A DNA stretch of 64,000 bases from an uncultured delta proteobacterium. Its GTDB lineage: Bacteria > Desulfobacterota > Binatia > Binatales > Binataceae. A program made the translations under genes and the position numbers. Location of the stretch: the NCBI GenBank assembly GCA_963842085.1, contig CAWJET010000001.1, positions 713,565 to 777,564 of the forward strand, given 5' to 3'. Every line of letters begins with the position of its first letter. Positions within the stretch are counted from its first letter, which is position 1. Under the pieces are notes generated by a model that was given only the letters and a program-made list of their open reading frames with translations, ran no database searches and was not told where the DNA came from. This document shows positions 19,180 to 28,878 of the stretch, piece by piece.

Positions 19180-21675
19180 CTATGTGAGGGGACAAGGCTC
19201 AACGTTCCAGATGTCCCTCGCGTACTCCGCGATGGTACGGTCGCTGGAGAACTTACCGGACCCGGCCACGTTCAGGATCGCCTTGCGTGACCATTCTTCT
19301 GGATCTGCATACAACTCGACGAGCCTGCGGTCCGCGTCCAGATACGATCTGAGGTCCGCCAGATGCATGTAGTAATCGCCATGCGTAAGGAGGGTGTCCC
19401 GCAACGGCTCGAACACGCCACGCTCATTGGGGCTGAAGTGATCGGAAAAGATCAGGTCCAACGCGGCACGCGTCTCGGGCTCATTGTCATAGTGCCAATG
19501 TGGGTTGTACCGGCTTCGGCTATCGGCCACCTGCTGGGCTGTGAGGCCAAACAAGAAGAAGTTTTCTTCACCCGCTTGCTGCGCCATTTCGATAGTAGCT
19601 CCGTCGCGGGTGCCGATAGTCAGAGCTCCGTTCATCATGAACTTCATATTGCTGGTGCCGCTGGCTTCGTAACCTGCGGTTGAAATCTGATTGGAAACGT
19701 CGCTGGCGGGAATCAGCCGTTCCGCCAGCGAAACGTCGTACTCAGGGACAAACACGACTTTGATTTGACCTCGCATCGTGGGGTCGTTGTCGATCTTATC
19801 GGCCATATTGTTAATGAACTTTATGATGAGCTTGGCGAGCTGGTAGCCTGGCGCAGCCTTCCCGGCGAAGAAGAAGGTTCGCGGCTGTATCTGCGCATTG
19901 GGGTTTTCCAGCAGTCGGTTGTACAGCACCACTATGCGGAGGGCGTTCAGTAGCTGTCGCTTGTATTCGTGGATGCGTTTAACCTGGCTATCGAAAATTG
20001 AATCTGGATCTACCGTTACCCCGAACTTCGATTTGAGCCAGTCAACAAACCGGACTTTCGTTTGACGAGTGGCTTGACGGAAGTTGTCGCGAAAGGCTCC
20101 GTTCCCGGCAAGCGGTTTTAGTTTGCTCAACTGACTCAGGTCGGTAATCCAGCCGTCGCCGATTGCATCCGTAATGGTGCGGGCCAGCGCCGGATTTGCC
20201 AGCAGCAACCAGCGCCGCGGCGTGACGCCGTTGGTCTTGTTGTTGAAGCGTTCGGGAAACAACTCGGCCAGATCTTTAACCGTCGTGGTGCGCAGTAATT
20301 GAGAGTGAATCTCGGCTACACCGTTGGTGCTGTGCGACCCGACGATCGCCAGGTTGGCCATCCGTACGTGCTTGTTCGCGCCTTCCTCGATCAGCCTGAT
20401 CCTGGCGGCACGGCCGTCGTCATCCGGAAAGCGGCTACGAACGTCATCGAGCAACCGCCGATTGATTTCGAATATGATCTCCAGATTGCGCGGTATAAGT
20501 ATCTGAAACCACTCAACCGGCCATTTTTCGAGAGCTTCGGGCAGGAGCGTATGGTTGGTGTACGCGAGCGTTCTGCGCGTCAGGTCCCAGGCCTCGTCCC
20601 AGCCGAGCTTCGCTTGGTCGAGCAGAATCCGCATCAACTCCGGCACCGCCATCGCTGGATGTGTGTCGTTGAGCTGTATCGCTACTTTCTCAGGAAGGGC
20701 GCTCCAATCGGGATTGTCGTGCCGGAACCGTCGCACAATATCGGCAAGCGCGCAGGCGACCAGAAAGTACTCCTGTACGAAGCGCAGGCCCTGTCCCAAA
20801 CTGGTAGAGTCGTCTGGATAGAGGACTCGGGTGAGGGATTCAGCCCCCAACCTCTCTGCGACGGCGGCGACGAAATCGCCGTGGCTGAACTCTTGAAAGT
20901 TGAACTCGTCTGGAGCGGCGGCGGCCCACAGTCTTAGCGTGTTTATGGTCTTGCCGCCGTAGCCAACCACCGGACGATCAAAGGGAATCCCTATCAGCGT
21001 CGAAGGCCGATCGCTGACCGGATGTAGCGCTCCCCCGCGGAGCTCAATGGAGCAGTTGAGCTGCAGTTCGACTCTTTCATGCGGACGAGCCACTTCCCAA
21101 GGGTCCGGGCGACGCAGCCAATTGTCCGGGCGTTCCCACTGCCAGCCATCTCGAATTGATTGCTTGAACATCCCATATTCGTAGCGCAGCCCATAGCCCA
21201 TGGCTGGCAACTGCATCGTCGCCATCGAATCCAGGAAGCAGGCCGCAAGACGGCCGAGGCCTCCATTGCCGAGACCGGCGTCCGGCTCCTGGTCCAGCAC
21301 GCCCATCCAATCAAGATTTTTTTCTTTGATGAGTTGCTTGGCGATGGGATCGAGCAGCAGATTTTGAACATTGTGGGCGAGCGAGCGACCGAGAAGAAAC
21401 TCTATCGACAAATAATAGACACGTTTTGGATTCCTGCCCTCGTAGGTTTGCTCGGTCTGGATCCAACGTTGAGAGAGTACGTCGCGTACGGATCGCGCGA
21501 TGGCTTCAAACCGATTGCGCGCGTCGGCGACCTTTATGTCCGTAACACTGTCGAAAAGAAGATGTCGCTCATAGAGCGCCTCATCCGCTCCGACGAATTT
21601 CACCGGACCACATCCATACTGCGCCAGGAGCTTGGCTATGGTCTCGGGGCTCACCGCTCTCACAATAGTTGCCAC
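19180..21675 (-). CDS. glgP: glycogen/alpha-glucan phosphorylase
   Basis: 831 aa with the full GT35 pattern, including the pyridoxal-phosphate Lys region (EASGTSNMKFMMNGALTIGTRDGA). Confidence 0.9.
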   Translation of the reverse strand: MATIVRAVSPETIAKLLAQYGCGPVKFVGADEALYERHLLFDSVTDIKVADARNRFEAIARSVRDVLSQRWIQTEQTYEGRNPKRVYYLSIEFLLGRSLAHNVQNLLLDPIAKQLIKEKNLDWMGVLDQEPDAGLGNGGLGRLAACFLDSMATMQLPAMGYGLRYEYGMFKQSIRDGWQWERPDNWLRRPDPWEVARPHERVELQLNCSIELRGGALHPVSDRPSTLIGIPFDRPVVGYGGKTINTLRLWAAAAPDEFNFQEFSHGDFVAAVAERLGAESLTRVLYPDDSTSLGQGLRFVQEYFLVACALADIVRRFRHDNPDWSALPEKVAIQLNDTHPAMAVPELMRILLDQAKLGWDEAWDLTRRTLAYTNHTLLPEALEKWPVEWFQILIPRNLEIIFEINRRLLDDVRSRFPDDDGRAARIRLIEEGANKHVRMANLAIVGSHSTNGVAEIHSQLLRTTTVKDLAELFPERFNNKTNGVTPRRWLLLANPALARTITDAIGDGWITDLSQLSKLKPLAGNGAFRDNFRQATRQTKVRFVDWLKSKFGVTVDPDSIFDSQVKRIHEYKRQLLNALRIVVLYNRLLENPNAQIQPRTFFFAGKAAPGYQLAKLIIKFINNMADKIDNDPTMRGQIKVVFVPEYDVSLAERLIPASDVSNQISTAGYEASGTSNMKFMMNGALTIGTRDGATIEMAQQAGEENFFLFGLTAQQVADSRSRYNPHWHYDNEPETRAALDLIFSDHFSPNERGVFEPLRDTLLTHGDYYMHLADLRSYLDADRRLVELYADPEEWSRKAILNVAGSGKFSSDRTIAEYARDIWNVEPCPLT

Positions 21676-21731
21676 TTCTCTTCCCTTGTAATTGATCGTC
21701 GCGTTCGTAACGGCAGTTCGGCAGCTCGTTC

Positions 21732-22331
21732 TTAGTGATCCATGAGATGGTGCAAATCATTCCAAAACTTGATTACCGGCCGCGTCAGATCATTTTCATA
21801 GCTAAGCGCGCTCAGGCTCGCAGTGCTCAGTAGAAAATGTTCCCCAGCCTGCGGTTCGAAGCCCAGCCAGCGTGCCGCTAGTACGCGGAGAAAGTGCCCA
21901 CTCGAAAAAATCAGAACGTCCTCCTGGAGCGCCCGCACACGGCCAACCACACGATCAGCTCTTGCTCCAACCTCGGCGACCGACTCGCCCCCGGGGCAGC
22001 CGTCGCGAAATAGCTTCCATCCAGGGCGCTTGGCACGGATCTCCTGAGTGCGAAGTCCCTCGTATTCACCGTAATTCCATTCGACCAAGTCGCGATCGAC
22101 CTCGGCTTGAGCGCCGAACCCAGCCAGCTCACATGTGCGGCGCGCTCGTTGTAGTGGACTGGTAAATACCTTGGCGAAGAACCGTCTTTGGAGCTGGTTA
22201 CCGAGGTGGCGGGCGTTACTTTGTCCGCGCTCGGTCAGAGGAAGATCAGTAAGCCCCGTATGCTGACCCGAGAGACTCCACGCCGTCTCGCCGTGCCTCG
22301 CGATGTAAAGCGTCGGGAGCATTTCATTCAT
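21732..22331 (-). CDS. histidine phosphatase (phosphoglycerate mutase) family protein
   Basis: RHGETAWS catalytic motif, 199 aa. Confidence 0.8.
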   Translation of the reverse strand: MNEMLPTLYIARHGETAWSLSGQHTGLTDLPLTERGQSNARHLGNQLQRRFFAKVFTSPLQRARRTCELAGFGAQAEVDRDLVEWNYGEYEGLRTQEIRAKRPGWKLFRDGCPGGESVAEVGARADRVVGRVRALQEDVLIFSSGHFLRVLAARWLGFEPQAGEHFLLSTASLSALSYENDLTRPVIKFWNDLHHLMDH

Positions 22332-22352
22332 CGGTCGGTTCCTTCGGAAACT

Positions 22353-23517
22353 TCAGAACGGCCACTGCCAGTCCGTGATGTCCATCGGATCGATACCGAA
22401 CTGGTGCGCGTGGTTTTTGCTTTTTATCTGCTGGTTGAGCAGAAGCTCCCGAACATCGGCTCCTTTAACCTGGAATCGCGGGATCCGGTCGATCGCATCG
22501 ATCGCCAGGCTAAAGCGATCGGTCTGGTTTTGGATGGCCAGCTCCAGAGGCGTGTTGATGTTCCCCTTTTCCTTATAACCGCGGACGTGGATGTTCTGCT
22601 GGCCAGGGCGGCGGTAGGTGAGTCGGTGAATGAGCCAGGGATAGGAATGGAAATTGAAGACCACCGGCTTGTCCGGCGTGAAAAGAGCTTCGAACTCGCG
22701 ATCGGTCAGTCCATGCGCGTGCTCGGTGCTGGGCACGAGCTTGAACAGATCGACCACGTTCACAAACCTGATTTTGATGTCCGGCAAGTGCTGTCGGAGC
22801 AGAGCTGTGGCAGCCAACGCCTCCATTGTTGGGACATCGCCGCAACTTGCCATTACCACGTCGGGTTCGGCGCCCTGATCGTTGCTGGCCCAGTTCCAGA
22901 TGCCAACTCCCTTCGTGCAGTGCTCGATTGCCGCCTCCATGTCCAGGTACTGGAGGTGCACCTGTTTGTCCGCGACGATGACGTTCACGTAGTTGACGCT
23001 TCGCAGGCAATGGTCCGCGACTGAGAGCAGGCAGTTTGCGTCAGGTGGAAGGTAGATGCGGACAACACTTGGGCTCTTGTTGGCGACCACGTCGAGGAAG
23101 CCGGGATCCTGGTGGGTAAACCCGTTATGGTCTTGCCGCCAAACCAGCGCCGTGATCAGCAAATTTAGTGATGACACGTCCGCGCGCCACGCCAGTTCGT
23201 TACACTTCTCCAGCCACTTGGCGTGCTGGTTGAACATCGAATCGACGACATGGATGAAGGGCTCGTAGCTATTGAGCAAGCCGTGTCGGCCGCTGAGGAC
23301 ATAACCCTCCAGCCATCCTTCGACGGTATGCTCGCTCAGCATCTCCATCACGCGTCCATTGGGAGCGAGCTCGCCGCCGTCGGCGTCCTCCGGGAAGTAC
23401 TCTCCCAGCCAAACTTTTTTGCCGACCTCGTAGATTGCCTCTAGACGGTTGGACTGCGTCTCGTCGGGTCCAAAGACCCGGAAGCGGTCCATATTCAGCC
23501 GCATGACTTCGCGGAGT
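22353..23517 (-). pseudogene. xfp: phosphoketolase (Xfp), C-terminal ~390 codons only, 5' end truncated at the IS3 boundary
   Basis: LREVMRLNMDRFRVFGPDETQSNRL...GYKEKGNINTPLEL matches the middle and C-terminal parts of xylulose-5-P/fructose-6-P phosphoketolase. The frame runs open into the IS left end at 23518, and the N-terminal half is absent from the window. Confidence 0.8.
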
Positions 23518-23604
23518 GTTCCCCGTCAGCACAAGTTGGACAATTCGAGGCGATTGAGGAAGAGAGGGTTTTTGGCTCATCTTTAACCGCGGAAGGAGCG
23601 GTAG

Positions 23605-23979
23605 ATGAGATCGAAAATCGATGCGCAGTCGGATGGGGCGGAAAAGGCGGTACGCGACATAAGGCGGGCGACCCGCCGGCACTTCTCGGCTGAGGACAAG
23701 GTCCGGATCGTGATCGCCGGCCTGCGCGGCGAGGATAGCGTGGCCGAGTTGTGCCGCAAGGAAGGGATCAACCAGAACCTCTACTATCGCTGGTCCAAGG
23801 ACTTCCTGGAGGCGGGCAAGAGGCGGCTGGCCGGCGATACCGCGCGTGAAGCGACCAGCGATGAAGTCAAGGAGCTGCGGGCGGAGAGCCATCAGCTCAA
23901 GGAACTGCTGGCCGAACTGATGATGGAGAACCGCCTGCTCAAAAAAAGCGTGCTGGCGGATGGGGAGTCCGATATATGA
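23605..23979 (+). CDS. IS3 family transposase OrfA (HTH/leucine-zipper)
   Basis: 124 aa with typical IS3 OrfA (LYYRWSKDF..EVKELRAESHQLKELLAEL). Confidence 0.85.
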   Translation: MRSKIDAQSDGAEKAVRDIRRATRRHFSAEDKVRIVIAGLRGEDSVAELCRKEGINQNLYYRWSKDFLEAGKRRLAGDTAREATSDEVKELRAESHQLKELLAELMMENRLLKKSVLADGESDI

Positions 23980-24989
23980 GGTACGCGGCCGCCGAGAAGC
24001 TGGAGATCATCCGGCTGGTCGAGCAGTCGTCGCTGCCGGTGCGGCGCACCCTGGAGCAGATCGGCATCCCACGGTCCACCTTCTATTGCTGGTACGATCG
24101 CTATCGAACTCGCGATGATGAAGGGCTGGAGGATCGCACGCCGGCGCCGCGGCGGGTGTGGAACAAGCTCCCAGCTGCAGTTACTCAGGCCGTGCTCGAG
24201 CTTGCGCTCAAAGAACCGCAGCTATCGCCGCGGGAGTTGGCGGTCTCGTTCGTCGACCAGCAGCAGTACTTCGTCTCGGAAGCCTCAGTTTATCGGCTGC
24301 TGAAGGCGCACGACCTGATCACCAGCCCGGCCTTCATCTTGATGAAGGCAGCCGACAGCTTCGCCCATCCAACCACCGCACCCAATCAACTCTGGCAGAC
24401 CGACTTTACCTACCTGCGGGTGATCGGCTGGGGCTGGTTCTATCTGTCGACTGTCCTTGATGACTTCTCGCGCTATATCCTGGCCTGGAAGCTGTGTACC
24501 ACCATGACTGCCACCGATGTCTCCGACACCCTCGCGATGGCGCTGCGCAACTCCGGGTTGGAGCGCGTCCGCGTCCGGCACCGGCCGCGCCTGCTGAGCG
24601 ACAACGGACCGTCGTACGTGTCGGCCCAGCTTGGCTCCTGGCTCGCGGAGCATGGCATGATGCATACCCGCGGCAAGCCCTATCACCCGATGACCCAGGG
24701 TAAGATCGAACGTTACCATCGTTCGATGAAGAACCAGATCCTGCTCGAGAACTACTACCTGCCCGGTCAGCTCGAAGCGCGCCTGGCCGAGTTCGTCGAC
24801 TACTACAACTCGCGCCGCTACCACGAAAGTCTCAACAACCTGACCCCGGCCGACGTCTACTTCGGCCGAGGTCCCGCGATTCTGTCACGGAGGAAAAATG
24901 CCAAACTGAAAACCATCGAAGCCAGACGCCGGCTGCATCATTCGTTCGCAGCCAAAGGTTCAACTCAGATGGACCAGATCCTCTCTTAA
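23976..24989 (+). CDS. IS3 family transposase OrfB (DDE integrase core)
   Basis: 337 aa rve integrase domain (WQTDFTY...DNGPSYVS...HPMTQGKIERYHRS). In the -1 frame relative to orfA. Confidence 0.85.
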   Translation: MRYAAAEKLEIIRLVEQSSLPVRRTLEQIGIPRSTFYCWYDRYRTRDDEGLEDRTPAPRRVWNKLPAAVTQAVLELALKEPQLSPRELAVSFVDQQQYFVSEASVYRLLKAHDLITSPAFILMKAADSFAHPTTAPNQLWQTDFTYLRVIGWGWFYLSTVLDDFSRYILAWKLCTTMTATDVSDTLAMALRNSGLERVRVRHRPRLLSDNGPSYVSAQLGSWLAEHGMMHTRGKPYHPMTQGKIERYHRSMKNQILLENYYLPGQLEARLAEFVDYYNSRRYHESLNNLTPADVYFGRGPAILSRRKNAKLKTIEARRRLHHSFAAKGSTQMDQILS

Positions 24990-25029
24990 TTCCTGTGCCA
25001 ACTTGTCCAATAGGTTCTGACGACGTACA

Positions 25030-25401
25030 GCCGACGACAAGATAAAGGCGCTGTTGGGCGACAAGGCTTGGACCGAAATCATTAAGCTCCGTGACGCATA
25101 CACCAAGAGATACACACGACCCGGATTTGTAGCTACGACCGACGTCTTGGATTTCACGTATCTTGGACAACTCGGGCAACTTATCCTGGCCAATGATGCT
25201 TGGGATATGTTCAAGCCGCTGTTTGTCGATAAACGCCAATTGCAAGAGATTCTAAGAGACATTACCCCTGTGCGTAGCGACTCGGCTGCTCATTTCCGCA
25301 CCGTTCCGGAGCGAGAACTGACTCTCTGTAAGATCAGATGTTCGGATCTGTGCGGAATTTTAGAAAAGTTGCCTTTGGACCCGGAGGAAGAGCCCTCATA
25401 A
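25030..25401 (+). pseudogene. C-terminal fragment of a HEPN/abortive-infection-like protein, 5' end replaced by the IS
   Basis: Open frame starts at the IS right boundary (..ADDKIKALLGDKAWTEIIKLRDAYTKRY..VRSDSAAHF..) and has no start context. The Rx5H-like motif and LDFTYLGQLGQLI pattern suggest a HEPN-type domain. Family assignment is tentative. Confidence 0.3.
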
Positions 25402-25550
25402 AGGAGGACATCGCGGATTCTCGGCAATCGGCGTGCGTAGCTTTCGAGCAATGCGAAAGCCCGTCATCTCCGCAACATCTCGAGAGAATTTATCAGTCAT
25501 CTTTTGAGAAGTCTGCTCTACGCCGCGCGACGCCTGGCTTGAGCCCTCCT

Positions 25551-26552
25551 TCACGTTAGACCGTTTCGACCATCGCGCGGCGCGCGGTGTCCGTTCCCAT
25601 TGGTTCGGCCGTTGGATTTGTGCCGAGCGTCGTAGCGCTCGAGCTTCCCGTACAGAGTACGCCGAGGGACTCCCAGCATTTCCGATGCGCGGGCCTTGTT
25701 TCCGTTAGCGAATTCGATGGTGCGGCGAATGTATTTCTGCTCGATCTCGTGGAGTGGCGATCCTAGAGAAACCGTGAAAGAAGTTTCCCGGTTCGTGGAG
25801 ACTCTGATTTCCTCGGGAAGGTCGTCCACCGAGAGTCGCATCGAGTGCGCCATCAGCACGGCACTCTCGAATACGTTACGTAACTCGCGAACGTTTCCCG
25901 GCCATCGATAGGTTTTGAGGGCGCACAGACATTCTGGATCGATTCCGTCGACTTGCCTCTTAAAATCGTGGTTCGCTTGCTTGATGAAGTGATCAATGAG
26001 CGCAGGCAAATCGTCCAGCCGATCCCGAAGGGGCGGAAGGTGAATGGTGGTCGCAGATAAGCGATAGTAGAGGTCTTCGCGCAGCCATTCCTCGCCGATC
26101 GCCTGTTTCGGCGTCCGATTCGACGCTGCGAGAAATCGAACATCAATCGGGATTTCACGCGTTCCGCCTACGGGCAGCACTCTGCGCTCCTCGATGACGC
26201 GGAGGAGCTTGGCCTGCGCCTCGCTACGCATCTCGCTGATTTCATCGAGGAAAAGGGTTCCGCCGTTCGCTCGCTCGACGAGTCCTGGGTGTCGCCGATC
26301 GGCTCCGGTGAAAGAGCCCTTCTGATGTCCGAACAGCTCGCTCTCGATCAGGGTCTCGATGATGGCGGCGCAATTGACAGGCACGAAAGGACCCGTTCGA
26401 CCGGATCGCTCGTGGATGGCCTTGGCTGCTTCTTCTTTGCCGGTGCCGGTTTCACCAGTGATGAAAACGGAAACTCTTGCAGGAGCGACGCGCTCGATCG
26501 CTTCCATGATTCGGCGCATCGGAACTGACTGGCCAATCATGACGAACCCCAA
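25551..26552 (-). CDS. sigma-54-dependent transcriptional activator (AAA+ EBP with Fis-type HTH), no N-terminal sensor or receiver domain
   Basis: Begins directly with the AAA+ module (GETGTGKE Walker A, GAFTGA-like GSFTGA, ELFGH, RWPGNVREL) and ends with an HTH (GNKARASEMLGVPRRTLYGKL). PspF-like architecture. Confidence 0.85.
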   Translation of the reverse strand: MGFVMIGQSVPMRRIMEAIERVAPARVSVFITGETGTGKEEAAKAIHERSGRTGPFVPVNCAAIIETLIESELFGHQKGSFTGADRRHPGLVERANGGTLFLDEISEMRSEAQAKLLRVIEERRVLPVGGTREIPIDVRFLAASNRTPKQAIGEEWLREDLYYRLSATTIHLPPLRDRLDDLPALIDHFIKQANHDFKRQVDGIDPECLCALKTYRWPGNVRELRNVFESAVLMAHSMRLSVDDLPEEIRVSTNRETSFTVSLGSPLHEIEQKYIRRTIEFANGNKARASEMLGVPRRTLYGKLERYDARHKSNGRTNGNGHRAPRDGRNGLT

Positions 26553-26594
26553 CAGACCTGTGGATTCTTGACACCTCCTCCACCCCCGCAGCCG

Positions 26595-26623
26595 TTGACA
26601 AATAATTGATCTGGTCGTAATGA
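26595..26623 (+). promoter_or_regulatory. sigma-70-like promoter for the CGNR gene (TTGACA-17-TAATGA)
   Basis: TTGACA at 26595..26600, a 17-nt spacer, TAATGA at 26618..26623, ~27 nt upstream of the start at 26650. Confidence 0.4.
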
Positions 26624-26649
26624 GTCAAGAGTTTTTTGATCATTAAGAA

Positions 26650-27288
26650 ATGGTTCGCACGATTTTCGCATCAGCCTTTGCGAATCCGAGCAAACCTTTC
26701 AGGTTTGTTGGCCGCTATTCCTTTCTCGATTTCATAAACACCGAAGCCAACGAAACGGGTCGTCGCGTCAATTTGTTGACTGACGATCGGGATGTTGTGA
26801 ATTGGCTCGCTTTAGCAAAGATGTTCGAGCGCAACAAACTGAAGTCGGCATTAGAACAATGGCAAGCGAGAAAAACAGGCGTGTGCATCTGGAAGGATGC
26901 GCTTGTGCTCCGTACGCTACTGCGTCGAATGGCCGAGGCGATTGTCGCGGACAAGCCGATTCCACGCGCCAGCATCGATGCGATCAACCTCTTGATCGCC
27001 AAGCCTTCGGGCGTCACGAAGGTAGTCAAGACTCCCTGGAAGTTCGAACGGCGATTCGAATTTGAACTGAATCAACCGAAACAACTTCTTGTGCCGCTCG
27101 CCCAGTCCGCCGCTGACTTGCTCTGCCGCGGAGATTTTTCGCGTCTAAAGCGTTGCGACAATTCGAACTGCGCCGCTTTCTTCTACGACACGAGCAAGAA
27201 CCGGATGCGGCGATGGTGCAGCGGGGCTGAATGCGGAAACCGGATGAGGGTTGCGAAATTTTACGCCAGGAGTCGAAGCGACGATTGA
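26650..27288 (+). CDS. CGNR zinc-finger (ABATE domain) putative stress-responsive regulator
   Basis: C-terminal CSGAECGNRMRVAKFYARSR is the canonical zf-CGNR motif. The N-terminal domain is ABATE-like. Confidence 0.8.
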   Translation: MVRTIFASAFANPSKPFRFVGRYSFLDFINTEANETGRRVNLLTDDRDVVNWLALAKMFERNKLKSALEQWQARKTGVCIWKDALVLRTLLRRMAEAIVADKPIPRASIDAINLLIAKPSGVTKVVKTPWKFERRFEFELNQPKQLLVPLAQSAADLLCRGDFSRLKRCDNSNCAAFFYDTSKNRMRRWCSGAECGNRMRVAKFYARSRSDD

Positions 27289-27433
27289 AGGCGGACTACC
27301 GCTTCAGGTACGCGTCGCCATCCTGACAGTTTCGGATTAAACTAACAGTTCGTCGCTCGCAGGTTGAGGTTCGCATAGCGCGTGCCTCGAGGGGACACGC
27401 TGACAGTGCATCGTTGAAGCAGGTAAATTCACC

Positions 27434-28237
27434 GTGAATGAGGAAAGAAGGATTTTGCGGGCTCAAACCTTCGACGACGTCGCGGATCTTTACGACCGAG
27501 CGCGTCGCGGCTATCCCGAGCAGCTCTTCGACGATCTTTTTGCGCTCGCCGAGATGTCGCCCCACGGGTCGCGAATTTTGGAGATCGGCTGCGGGACCGG
27601 TCAGGCGACGCGCCCCTTGGCGCGGCGCGGATGCCGCGTCATGTGCGTCGAGCCGGGGCCGAATCTCGCCCGAATCGCGCGCCGAAACATGGCGGAGTTT
27701 CCGCGCGTCACGGTCATCAACCAGCGCTTCGAGGATTTCGATCCGGCCGGCGCGACGTTCGACATGGTCTTCGCCGCGACGGCGTGGCACTGGATCGACC
27801 CGCAGGTGCGATATTCAAAGGCGGCGAGCGTGCTGAAGCCCGGCGGAGTCCTTGCCTTCACGTGGGGTACTCACGCCTTTCCACCCAGCTTCGATCCGTT
27901 CTTCACCGAGATCCAGAAAGCTTACGACGCGATCGGCCAAAGCTGGCAGGGTGCATGGCCACCACCACCGCCTGAGCAGGTCCCGGACTTGAGCGAAGAG
28001 ATCGAGCGCAGCGGCTACTTCGAAGACGTTCGAGTCGCACGCCACCTGTGGACCACCGATTTCACTGCCGAGGAGCATGTGGCGCTGATGAGTACCGCCT
28101 CCGATCATCGGCTCATGGAGCCGACGAAGCGCGAATGGTTGTTCTCGGAGATGCGCCGCTTGCACAACGCCCGTCCTGACGGCATAGTGCGCAAGCACGA
28201 GCTGACGATCCTGCACGTCGCCCGCCGAAAGCCCTGA
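27434..28237 (+). CDS. class I SAM-dependent methyltransferase
   Basis: Motif I ILEIGCGTGQAT, motif II-like DMVFAATAWHW. GTG start. Confidence 0.8.
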   Translation: MNEERRILRAQTFDDVADLYDRARRGYPEQLFDDLFALAEMSPHGSRILEIGCGTGQATRPLARRGCRVMCVEPGPNLARIARRNMAEFPRVTVINQRFEDFDPAGATFDMVFAATAWHWIDPQVRYSKAASVLKPGGVLAFTWGTHAFPPSFDPFFTEIQKAYDAIGQSWQGAWPPPPPEQVPDLSEEIERSGYFEDVRVARHLWTTDFTAEEHVALMSTASDHRLMEPTKREWLFSEMRRLHNARPDGIVRKHELTILHVARRKP

Positions 28238-28278
28238 TTTGAAAAGATTTGTGGCTCGTCGAACCGGCCGTTACTGAG

Positions 28279-28318
28279 ATGTGTGCAAAATCTGCACATG
28301 TGCAAAATCTGCACATGT
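28279..28318. repeat. tandem REP-like palindrome (ACATGTGCA-AAATC-TGCACATGT x2, 19-bp register)
   Basis: gatgtgtgcaaaatctgcacatgtgcaaaatctgcacatgt sits in the convergent intergenic region between the methyltransferase and VOC genes. Confidence 0.6.
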
Positions 28319-28435
28319 ACGCCTTCAAAGGGGGCGGTGAACATCCACCTTCGAGATTCATGGGACACTCCTTGCAGACATTTGAAAGGGACTGCCCTGA
28401 TCGAATCGGCCTATCAAGGCAGTCCCGTAGCCTCG

Positions 28436-28798
28436 CTATTCTTCCTGATGGCAAACGGCTTCTATGTTGTTGCCGTCGGGATCCTTCACGAAGCCGCCGT
28501 AGTAGTTGGCGGAATATTGGGGACGGAGACCGGGCTTGCCGTTGTCCTTGCCGCCGGCGGGCAGAGCGGCATCGTAGAACGCCTTCACGGCAGCGCGGTT
28601 CTTGGCCACGAATGCAACATGGACAGGTCCGGTCGGTTCGCCCTTGGCCAAACACAAGGCGGGCGCGTCCTTGGGGCCAAAGACCACTATTCCGTCCGCG
28701 TCGTACTGCACGCTGAAGCCAAGCGGCGCCAGCGCGGCGCTGTAGAAGCGCTTGCTCGAGTTGAGGTCCTTCACCTTAAGCATGATGTGATCAAACAT
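28436..28798 (-). CDS. VOC/glyoxalase family protein
   Basis: Internal start MFDHIMLKVKDLNSSKRFY with RBS GAGAAGGAGAG. 120 aa. ORF track 28436..28915 carries a non-homologous leader. Confidence 0.8.
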   Translation of the reverse strand: MFDHIMLKVKDLNSSKRFYSAALAPLGFSVQYDADGIVVFGPKDAPALCLAKGEPTGPVHVAFVAKNRAAVKAFYDAALPAGGKDNGKPGLRPQYSANYYGGFVKDPDGNNIEAVCHQEE

Positions 28799-28878
28799 GA
28801 CTCTCTCCTTCTCTGACTTTCGTTTCCCCTGACGGCCAATCCCGTCGATTCTCGGACTAATAGGCAGCCTGGCGCTCA

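Larger units (their letters stand above)
23518..25029 (+). mobile_element. IS3-family insertion sequence (1512 bp)
   Basis: Imperfect terminal IRs TGTTCCCCGTCAGCAC.. / ..GTTCTGACGACGTACA. orfA and orfB overlap with an A AAA AAG slippery site at 23941..23948. No flanking direct repeat. Confidence 0.85.
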
